IMG/VR virus record: IMGVR_UViG_3300005747_000265
Strand: one strand, 5' to 3'
Length of the DNA: 34,650 bases
Source of the DNA: a virus
Made by a program: the position numbers and the translations under genes
The notes under the pieces: generated by a model
Databases searched by the model: none
Told to the model about the DNA's origin: nothing
The model's input: the letters and a program-made list of their open reading frames with translations, nothing else
Shown: in pieces, positions 24,840-30,581 of the stretch
Layout: the number at the start of each line of letters is the position of its first letter
Position numbering within the stretch: position 1 is the stretch's first letter

Positions 24840-24868
24840 AGTATAACTAACTACTTTTAATATGTCAA
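24840..24868 (-). promoter_or_regulatory. sigma70-type early promoter (TTGACA-N17-TATACT)
   Basis: On the + strand, tgtcaa is at 24863..24868 and agtata at 24840..24845. The GTAATTAAC box is at 24824..24832. About 60 bp is near-identical to the 24195..24262 copy. Confidence 0.7.
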
Positions 24869-24872
24869 CTAT

Positions 24873-25274
24873 TTATTTTAATTTATACCAATTTTTAAAA
24901 TTTAAAACTTTTTTCCTTTTTTCCTCCGAGTCATGCACATAATCATAATAATCAAATATATCTTCAATATTAGCTACTTTTAGCTCTACAGCTTGCTTTA
25001 AGTCTTCCGTTGTTATCCAATACTCTTCATTAATTATCAATGTTTCTCCTATGTTGTTATGCAACCATTCCCCCGTGATTAATCCCTCGTCACTACCGTC
25101 ACTTGCTAAAAAATTTGTACCCTCTGCCGCTTCACAATCTAAAAGTTGCTTGCCGTCATGAAAGCCAAAGATAATATCTTTATAATCTGATCTTAGCAAG
25201 ATTTCAACAAGTAGTTCATTAATTGATTTATTATATGCTTTTAGTAAGTCTTCTGCTTTAGTGTTAATTTTCAT
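24873..25274 (-). CDS. acidic early protein (133 aa)
   Basis: Asp/Glu-rich ORF (EDIFDYYDYVHDSEE etc.). No motif. Confidence 0.45.
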   Translation of the reverse strand: MKINTKAEDLLKAYNKSINELLVEILLRSDYKDIIFGFHDGKQLLDCEAAEGTNFLASDGSDEGLITGEWLHNNIGETLIINEEYWITTEDLKQAVELKVANIEDIFDYYDYVHDSEEKRKKVLNFKNWYKLK

Positions 25275-25465
25275 TATTTTTCATTTAATATATTATATAT
25301 TGCTTGCCTTGAGATTCCTTTCATTTTTGAAATTTTCATTATTGTATAATTTTTTTTTAACTCTTTTATCTCATTTCTGTCAATTTCTCTTGGTCTGCCT
25401 GCCCTTTTGTCTGATTTTGCTTGTCCTTTTTTTATTTTTTCTGAATGATTTTTATATTTTTCCAT
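25274..25465 (-). CDS. small HTH DNA-binding protein (Hin/resolvase-type HTH)
   Basis: GRPREIDRNEIKELKKNYTIMKISKMKGISRQAIYNIL resembles an HTH_7-type domain. Confidence 0.5.
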   Translation of the reverse strand: MEKYKNHSEKIKKGQAKSDKRAGRPREIDRNEIKELKKNYTIMKISKMKGISRQAIYNILNEK

Positions 25466-25467
25466 TT

Positions 25468-26139
25468 TTATTTTAAATTATGTTCGTCAACACATTTATC
25501 ACAACCTACGCAATTATAGCAATCAAAACAATCATCGCAATCTATGCAATCTTGGCAATCTTCACAATATACGCACCCTTTACAATCTTCTAATTTTTCG
25601 CAATTTTTACAATTTTCTGATCTTATACAATCTTGGCAATGCTCGCAACTTGTGCAATCAATGCAATCTTTACAATTATAACAATTAGTGCAATGTTCAC
25701 AATCTTTACAATCTTTACAATCATAACAACCTTGACAATCTTTACAATATACACATTCTTGGCAGTCTTCTGATGTTTGGCATTTTCTGCAATTAGTGCA
25801 AAGTGTACATCTTATACAATCTTGGCAATCTTCGCAGTTAGAACAATCTTTACAATTATAACAATTAGTGCAATTAGTACAATTTTCACAATATGATAAT
25901 CTTCTACAATATATGCAATCTTTACAATTATAACAATTAGTGCAATTAGTACAATTAATGCAACGCGTACAATTTATGCAATTTTTACAATCTTTGCAAT
26001 CAATGCAATTTATGTTTAAATTTTCATCAACTGAAATTATATCATTATTTAATAAATGCTTTTCTTGGTATGGTGTAAGTTTTTTGCTTTTTAAAAAAGG
26101 GTATTTTTTAATTAATTGCTCTATTGTTTCAAATTTCAT
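25468..26139 (-). CDS. period-3 cysteine repeat protein, (x-[D/N]-C)n, unknown family
   Basis: 223 aa. 54 Cys (counted by eye) occupy 54 of 58 consecutive triplet positions. It has its own promoter. Confidence 0.7.
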   Translation of the reverse strand: MKFETIEQLIKKYPFLKSKKLTPYQEKHLLNNDIISVDENLNINCIDCKDCKNCINCTRCINCTNCTNCYNCKDCIYCRRLSYCENCTNCTNCYNCKDCSNCEDCQDCIRCTLCTNCRKCQTSEDCQECVYCKDCQGCYDCKDCKDCEHCTNCYNCKDCIDCTSCEHCQDCIRSENCKNCEKLEDCKGCVYCEDCQDCIDCDDCFDCYNCVGCDKCVDEHNLK

Positions 26140-26169
26140 AATTTTTATTTTTAGTTAATTACTTAACTA

Positions 26170-26197
26170 AGTATAAACTACTCTTTTAATATGTCAA
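26170..26197 (-). promoter_or_regulatory. sigma70-type early promoter (TTGACA-N16-TATACT)
   Basis: On the + strand, tgtcaa is at 26192..26197 and agtata at 26170..26175. The GTAATTAAC box is at 26154..26162. Confidence 0.65.
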
Positions 26198-26205
26198 CTA
26201 ATTAT

Positions 26206-26604
26206 TTAAAAAGGTATGTCATCATCTAGTAAATTTTCAGATTGATACCCATTCGCTTTTGCTTCGTTGTGTTTATCTACTGCTTCAAATTTTGCCTGAT
26301 TAATAACTACTTTTATATAATTAATTGTTTTTCCGCTTTGATCCTGAAAATTATCAGCAATTAAGTTTATTTCTGCTTCGAATAGTTGCCCCTTACTATC
26401 TAGAATAGCCCTCTCTGTGTCTCTGTCTATTTGGCTTTTAAATGCTACAAACGGCAATGTCTTTGATATATATATATCATTTTTTTTTGTAGAAATATTT
26501 ACTTTACCAGAAATAATTTTTTCACTTTCTCTTATTTCAAAAGTGCTTTTTTCATATTGATTACTTTCTTTATTATATACATTTGCTATTCTTAGTTTTT
26601 GCAT
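26206..26604 (-). CDS. ssb: single-stranded DNA-binding protein
   Basis: 132 aa ending ...LLDDDIPF, the acidic SSB C-terminal tip (E. coli SSB ends DDDIPF). The size fits a single OB fold. Confidence 0.65.
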   Translation of the reverse strand: MQKLRIANVYNKESNQYEKSTFEIRESEKIISGKVNISTKKNDIYISKTLPFVAFKSQIDRDTERAILDSKGQLFEAEINLIADNFQDQSGKTINYIKVVINQAKFEAVDKHNEAKANGYQSENLLDDDIPF

Positions 26605-26632
26605 TGTTTTTATATTAAGTTTTTAATTTTAT

Positions 26633-26842
26633 TTATTGGTCTTTATCGTTATCTATGAAGATATTTCTACCAGCCTCAAATTGATTAATTTGTCTTATTA
26701 GCTCATAAGATTCTGATCTTAAAACATTAATCTCAACATCTGTTAATCTTGTCTCTTTAAAATTGGCTAGTGTTGAAGATATTATACTAAAAGATTTAAT
26801 TATTTTTTTGTGTTTATCTTTGTAAAATTGTTTTTTGTTCAT
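26633..26842 (-). CDS. hypothetical protein (69 aa)
   Basis: ORF whose 29-bp leader is shared with the next gene. Confidence 0.45.
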   Translation of the reverse strand: MNKKQFYKDKHKKIIKSFSIISSTLANFKETRLTDVEINVLRSESYELIRQINQFEAGRNIFIDNDKDQ

Positions 26843-26885
26843 AATTTTTATATTAAGTTTTTAGTTTTATTTAGTTGTTTTTTAC

Positions 26886-27095
26886 TTAATTAAAAAATGT
26901 AGGTTTAAATCCAGAATTAAAGAACAACTTTCCAACATCAGCCTTTGTTTCTTCTTTAAGATCGGTAAATTGCCATTCAGCAGTCTTATCTACAAAACTA
27001 GAGAGTCCTCCAAAATTTATATTATCTATTTTTTCAATTTCTTTGTTAAGTTTTCTGACTTGATCGTGTGAAATATTTTTAATTGTTATTTTCAT
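26886..27095 (-). CDS. hypothetical protein (69 aa)
   Basis: ORF with the ATTAATTAC variant of the leader box 16 nt upstream. Confidence 0.45.
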   Translation of the reverse strand: MKITIKNISHDQVRKLNKEIEKIDNINFGGLSSFVDKTAEWQFTDLKEETKADVGKLFFNSGFKPTFFN

Positions 27096-27152
27096 TTTTT
27101 TTTAGTTTAAGATTAATTACATCAATAATAGTAGAATTGTTAATTATAAAAA

Positions 27153-27545
27153 TCAAGCATAAATATTAAAATATTTCCTTTCTACTGCTAATTTATTATT
27201 TTTTATATTTATTATATCTCCAATTTCAACTGTTGTTTTATTTATTTTTAATAATTTTTTTCTGCTATCTCCTTGAAAAATATATGATTTTACATCATAG
27301 ACAGAATTTAGATATTTCGCTATTTGTGATACATTGTTTTCTGTCATCTTTATTGGTAAAGTGATTGATTTATAATTAACTTTTTTGACTCCGCAACAGT
27401 GATCGTGCTTTGCTTGTTTTATTTGTCCAAGCGTCGTTTTTACTTCTGTTCCACACTCACAACAGCGGAATAAGTACTTATCCACCTTTTCACTTTCCTC
27501 CTCTGTTATAATTATAAATTTTCTAATTTTTTCTCCTACTTGCAT
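27153..27545 (-). CDS. hypothetical protein with Cys/His cluster (130 aa)
   Basis: CCECG...HDHCCG suggests a small zinc-binding element. Confidence 0.4.
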   Translation of the reverse strand: MQVGEKIRKFIIITEEESEKVDKYLFRCCECGTEVKTTLGQIKQAKHDHCCGVKKVNYKSITLPIKMTENNVSQIAKYLNSVYDVKSYIFQGDSRKKLLKINKTTVEIGDIINIKNNKLAVERKYFNIYA

Positions 27546-27548
27546 AAT

Positions 27549-28049
27549 TTAATTTAATTCTTTTGTCCAATTTTCCAAGGTTACAGACTTTTGCATTTTT
27601 AGGTTATTAAATGCTTTTTCTATTTGTTTCTTGCTGTATGATCTAAATGTTGCAGCTAATGAGCTAAATAGATAATCTCCATAAATTATATTGAAATATT
27701 CATAAATTTCAGTAATTAATTTTTGCTTTTCGCTTTTAATTAATTCTATTTTTTTTGCATTTTCTTTTGAAATTCTAAATGCTTTCTGATCCTTGCAATA
27801 CTCAATAAATATTTTTACTTGTGGTATTTTATTATAAAAAGTTTCTTTCCTTATAATCTCTAAAGTTGCTTTTTCAAAATCTTCATTTGTAAAATCTTGT
27901 AAAAAGTTTTCAAATAGTATTATTTTACCTTTTAGCAGTTGGTCGCCTTTATCTCCTGAAAATTCTAGTCCTGCATCCAGGCAAATTAATTTTAGTCCTT
28001 TTAAATATATTTCTTTATCTATCATTTGTTTATAATTCGGGGTTTTCAT
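27549..28049 (-). CDS. hypothetical protein, possible G39P-like helicase-loader (weak)
   Basis: FLQDFTNEDFEKATLEIIRKETFYNKIP resembles loader-type N-domains. It lies next to the organizer-like gene. Confidence 0.3.
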   Translation of the reverse strand: MKTPNYKQMIDKEIYLKGLKLICLDAGLEFSGDKGDQLLKGKIILFENFLQDFTNEDFEKATLEIIRKETFYNKIPQVKIFIEYCKDQKAFRISKENAKKIELIKSEKQKLITEIYEYFNIIYGDYLFSSLAATFRSYSKKQIEKAFNNLKMQKSVTLENWTKELN

Positions 28050-28407
28050 AAATATTTCCTACAACTTCGCACTCTGACAGTTCAAACGAAGCTACCACAG
28101 CGATTGAACTCTTAACTCCGTCAGATGTTATTACGCTAGGATATGAATTATTATCTTTAGAAAAAAATTTGAATTGTAAATCCTCTTTATCATAACTAAC
28201 TTCAAGTAAATATTCTTGAGTGCAAGCTTTATATTTTAACAAATCACCCTCAAAAATTAAATTATTATTTTTGTCTCGTTTGTCGATACATTGCATTATT
28301 ACATTATAATCTTCTATGCCTCTATGAATATCAAAGTAAGTCATACAACCTTCGGGAGAATTATAACTAGGTTTATCCCAAGCTCTAAATTTAAATCTAT
28401 CTGCCAT
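28030..28407 (-). CDS. YopX-family protein
   Basis: KFRAWD..., IFEGDLL and the C-terminal VVGNIYENPEL are YopX hallmarks. Confidence 0.7.
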   Translation of the reverse strand: MADRFKFRAWDKPSYNSPEGCMTYFDIHRGIEDYNVIMQCIDKRDKNNNLIFEGDLLKYKACTQEYLLEVSYDKEDLQFKFFSKDNNSYPSVITSDGVKSSIAVVASFELSECEVVGNIYENPEL

Positions 28408-28409
28408 AA

Positions 28410-29039
28410 TTATTTTAATTTAAGTTGATCTGATTGAATTTCTTTTAATACTCTATCAAAAGAATTCTCAGTTGAATTTGATTCTGTATATTCATCTTTC
28501 CAACACTCTTGAGTAAGCCAAGTTGATGGATATTTCCAATACTGGCTGTCGCTTGACCTATTTTTAATGTAGTTGTTTAATCCTGACATAATATTATCAA
28601 AGCTATCTTTTTTTAATGCTGCCTTTAATTTCTTTTCTACATCACTACGACTTTTCTTTTTTCCATATAAATTATAAAACTGTTCAAACTGTTTATTTAT
28701 TAATTCTTTATTTTCATTATTAATTCTACATTTTACATTATCATTTACATTTACATTAGCTTCTGTTTTGCTTTTGTTTTGCTTCTGTTTTGCTTCTGTT
28801 TTGCTTTTTTTCTTTTCTTTTATACCGTTTAAATATCTTTTTCTGTTAGCTTCTAGTTGGGGCTTTATAAGCGTAAAGATGGCATTAGGTATTCCTTCGA
28901 GTTTTACATCTTTAAAATCTAAAGAATAAGAAGAAATAGCTTTATAAATTTGTAATTGCTGATCTTCTGGAAGATGATTTATAGACTCGTAAAACGATCT
29001 ATAAAAGATAAAACTATCTCTAGTATTTTGATTTGTCAT
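28410..29039 (-). CDS. replication initiation / replisome-organizer-like protein (DnaD-like N-domain)
   Basis: The N-terminus DSFIFYRSFYESINHLPEDQQLQIYKAISSY...LIKPQLEANRKRY matches phage organizer-type N-domains (DUF6291/DUF4373-like; numbers from memory). Confidence 0.45.
   Translation of the reverse strand: MTNQNTRDSFIFYRSFYESINHLPEDQQLQIYKAISSYSLDFKDVKLEGIPNAIFTLIKPQLEANRKRYLNGIKEKKKSKTEAKQKQNKSKTEANVNVNDNVKCRINNENKELINKQFEQFYNLYGKKKSRSDVEKKLKAALKKDSFDNIMSGLNNYIKNRSSDSQYWKYPSTWLTQECWKDEYTESNSTENSFDRVLKEIQSDQLKLK
28759..28802 (-). repeat. 4 x 11-bp tandem repeat inside the organizer-like gene
   Basis: + strand: gcttctgtttt gcttttgtttt gcttctgtttt gcttctgtttt. It encodes KSKTEAKQKQNKSKTEA. 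Confidence 0.85.
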
Positions 29040-29217
29040 TGTTTATTTTTTCACTTATTAACTTTTCACTTAAATTGTCCTTAAATTTCCAAAGACATTT
29101 TTTAAAACCTTTTTTATATTGTTCTTGACAATTCATTGCTTCAAGAATTGGCATAATATAACCAATAAGCTTTTGGGCTTCTTCTGTTATTATATTGTCT
29201 ATATTTGATTTGTTCAT
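29020..29217 (-). CDS. hypothetical protein (65 aa), first gene of leftward early operon
   Basis: ORF adjacent to the control region. Confidence 0.45.
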   Translation of the reverse strand: MNKSNIDNIITEEAQKLIGYIMPILEAMNCQEQYKKGFKKCLWKFKDNLSEKLISEKINNDKSKY

Positions 29218-29257
29218 TTTTTTAACTTTGCTTTATTAACTTTTACTTACTATTCGA

Positions 29258-29281
29258 AGAAGAAGAGGTTGATCTTCTTCT
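29258..29281. other. hairpin Z1 (GAAGAAGA-ggttga-TCTTCTTC) in the leftward leader
   Basis: A perfect 8-9-bp stem. 24/25 bp match Z2 at 29552..29576. Confidence 0.5.
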
Positions 29282-29305
29282 CCTAAATTTAACTCTTCGT
29301 TCTTT

Positions 29306-29335
29306 ATTATAACGAATTTAACTAAAATTGTTTAA
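29306..29335 (-). promoter_or_regulatory. candidate leftward early promoter (TTAAAC-N18-TATAAT)
   Basis: - strand TATAAT is at 29306..29311 and a weak -35 at 29330..29335, overlapping palindrome Y1. Confidence 0.3.
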
Positions 29336-29355
29336 TTATGAACCAAATAATTAAA
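29331..29355. promoter_or_regulatory. palindrome Y1: TTTAATTAT-N7-ATAATTAAA (operator candidate)
   Basis: A perfect 9-bp inverted repeat. A second copy is at 29518..29542. Confidence 0.4.
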
Positions 29356-29424
29356 AAATTTCTAGAATTACCTACATCAGATAAAATTATCTGTGCAGTA
29401 GTTCTTTTTATGTTTATAATATAA
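29338..29424 (+). CDS. 28-aa mini-ORF a (MNQIIKKF...), doubtful
   Basis: Its ATG lies inside palindrome Y1. It has the same length and MxQIIK start as mini-ORF b. Confidence 0.2.
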   Translation: MNQIIKKFLELPTSDKIICAVVLFMFII

Positions 29425-29517
29425 ATAAAATGGTTCTGATTCTTCATAAATTAGAGCCATTGACTATAATTTAACACTGTAGATGGTAAATGTCAATTTA
29501 TAATATAAATAAAATAG

Positions 29518-29542
29518 TTTAATTATGCAACAAATAATTAAA
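29518..29542. promoter_or_regulatory. palindrome Y2: TTTAATTAT-N7-ATAATTAAA
   Basis: A perfect 9-bp inverted repeat, preceded by the repeat tttataatataaataaaat (29497..29515, also present at 29413..29431). Confidence 0.4.
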
Positions 29543-29611
29543 ACTATAAATGAAGAAGAGATTGATCTTCTTCTCCATCCTTTTAAAATTTGGTACAAAA
29601 TTTTAATTTGA
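29525..29611 (+). CDS. 28-aa mini-ORF b (MQQIIKTINEEEIDLLL...), doubtful
   Basis: Its ATG lies inside palindrome Y2. Hairpin Z2 would encode EEEIDLLL. Confidence 0.2.
   Translation: MQQIIKTINEEEIDLLLHPFKIWYKILI
29552..29573 (-). terminator. hairpin Z2, likely terminator of the 107-aa membrane gene
   Basis: GAAGAAGA-gattga-TCTTCTTC. On the - strand it is followed by AUUUAUAGUUUU. It lies 70 nt after the stop at 29643. Confidence 0.45.
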
Positions 29612-29642
29612 TTATAAATTATTTATTTTTAAAAGTCAAATA

Positions 29643-29966
29643 TTATTCTTTTTCTAATTCTGTTCTTGAGTTAATCGAAGCAGAACTTGGTGAGTTGCTT
29701 GGCGTTTCTATGTCAGGTTGTATTGCTGCTAATCGTGAGTTATTTACTGAAATATAAAAATTACACATAACTACGCCCAATATCCCCACGCCATTCAATG
29801 GCCATGCTACAGCACCTGCTACTGCTGAACTTTCTGTAATTTGGTTAGTATCTCTAGCGTAAGAAGCATAGCCAAAACCAGAATTAGCCGCAACTACTGA
29901 AAATATAGCTAAATTTCTTGCTGTAGTTAAATTTGAGTTTGATCTTAAAAGCTGTTCTCTGTTCAT
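29643..29966 (-). CDS. small membrane protein (107 aa), moron-like stand-alone gene
   Basis: Two hydrophobic segments (LAIFSVVAANSGFGYASYA and AVAGAVAWPLNGVGILGVVMCNFYI). It has its own promoter, a structured leader and a hairpin terminator. Confidence 0.6.
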   Translation of the reverse strand: MNREQLLRSNSNLTTARNLAIFSVVAANSGFGYASYARDTNQITESSAVAGAVAWPLNGVGILGVVMCNFYISVNNSRLAAIQPDIETPSNSPSSASINSRTELEKE

Positions 29967-29998
29967 GATTTTTTTAATTTAAGTTAATTACATAATTG

Positions 29999-30056
29999 TT
30001 GTGGAGGTGGCGTAATTAACCAAACCAAAAAAAGAGATATGAGTTCACCCCCACAA
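29999..30056 (-). other. 5-prime leader stem-loop of the membrane-gene transcript
   Basis: 11-bp arms: TTGTGGAGGTG (29999..30009) and CACCCCCACAA (30046..30056). The single mismatch is a G-U wobble only in the - strand RNA. The stem starts at about +1 of the 30062..30090 promoter. Confidence 0.45.
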
Positions 30057-30061
30057 AAAAG

Positions 30062-30090
30062 ATTATAATATATATAAAATTAAATTGCAA
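30062..30090 (-). promoter_or_regulatory. sigma70-type promoter (TTGCAA-N17-TATAAT) for the membrane gene
   Basis: TTGCAA is at 30085..30090 and - strand TATAAT at 30062..30067. It is back-to-back with the rightward promoter. Confidence 0.6.
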
Positions 30091-30097
30091 GAAAAGA

Positions 30098-30126
30098 TTG
30101 ACTTTTATAATTAGTGATTATATAAT
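30098..30126 (+). promoter_or_regulatory. rightward early promoter PR1 (TTGACT-N17-TATAAT)
   Basis: Consensus hexamers. It belongs to a 35-bp exact repeat (30092..30126 = 30322..30356). The GTAATTAAC box is at 30134..30142. Confidence 0.75.
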
Positions 30127-30157
30127 ATATTTAGTAATTAACTAAATTAACAAAAAA

Positions 30158-30319
30158 ATGTCAAACAAAGTAATAAAAAAAATTCTCAAAAGAGAAGATA
30201 AATTTTTAGATTATTATATTTATAAAGTCGATATTCATGGAGAATATTATTTAACAAAATTAGCAAATCTTAATCGGTTTAAAACTTTTTTAGTAAAAAT
30301 ATTAGTTAAATTTGTGTAA
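30158..30319 (+). CDS. 53-aa ORF between the duplicated promoters (not in the ORF track)
   Basis: Hand translation: MSNKVIKKILKREDKFLDYYIYKVDIHGEYYLTKLANLNRFKTFLVKILVKFV*. The ATG is 15 nt after the leader box. Confidence 0.45.
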   Translation: MSNKVIKKILKREDKFLDYYIYKVDIHGEYYLTKLANLNRFKTFLVKILVKFV

Positions 30320-30327
30320 TAAAAAGA

Positions 30328-30356
30328 TTGACTTTTATAATTAGTGATTATATAAT
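30328..30356 (+). promoter_or_regulatory. rightward early promoter PR2 (TTGACT-N17-TATAAT)
   Basis: Identical to PR1. The GTAATTAAC box is at 30364..30372, 16 nt before ATG 30389. Confidence 0.75.
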
Positions 30357-30388
30357 TGATTTTGTAATTAACCTAAACTAAAAAAATC

Positions 30389-30580
30389 ATGGCGTTAAAC
30401 AAATATACTAAATCGCAAGAAAAAGAATTAAACAAATTAATTCATGAAATGTCTTTTGATAATACTGATATAGAAAATGTTACTAAAAAAATTAGTGATA
30501 TAATACAACAATCTAGTAATGACGCAAAAGAACATTATCGCAAAGCAGAAATAGAATTAAACAATTTAATTAATAAATAA
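30389..30580 (+). CDS. hypothetical protein (63 aa)
   Basis: First ORF after PR2. Confidence 0.5.
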   Translation: MALNKYTKSQEKELNKLIHEMSFDNTDIENVTKKISDIIQQSSNDAKEHYRKAEIELNNLINK

Positions 30581-30581
30581 A

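Noticed and set aside
25486-26013. 9-bp periodic DNA in the Cys-repeat gene as a CRISPR array or an iteron-type origin
   Set aside because: There is no repeat-spacer architecture. The periodicity is fully explained by the codon pattern (A/G)AY-TGY of an open 223-aa frame that has its own promoter and leader.
24338-26158. + strand ORFs 24338..24529, 25261..25476 and 25940..26158
   Set aside because: They are antisense shadows of early leftward genes. 25940..26158 merely mirrors the Cys-repeat gene periodicity.
27096-27152. A possible additional early promoter upstream of the 69-aa gene
   Set aside because: The leader box variant ATTAATTAC is present. The best hexamers (TTGATT and TATTAT) are 20 nt apart, so no acceptable -35/-10 pair exists.
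29256-29312. + strand reading through hairpin Z1 (EEEEVDLLLLNL...) as a third mini-ORF paralogous to mini-ORF b
   Set aside because: The frame has a stop at 29223..29225 and no start codon between that stop and the hairpin. It is treated as a non-coding copy of the Z element.
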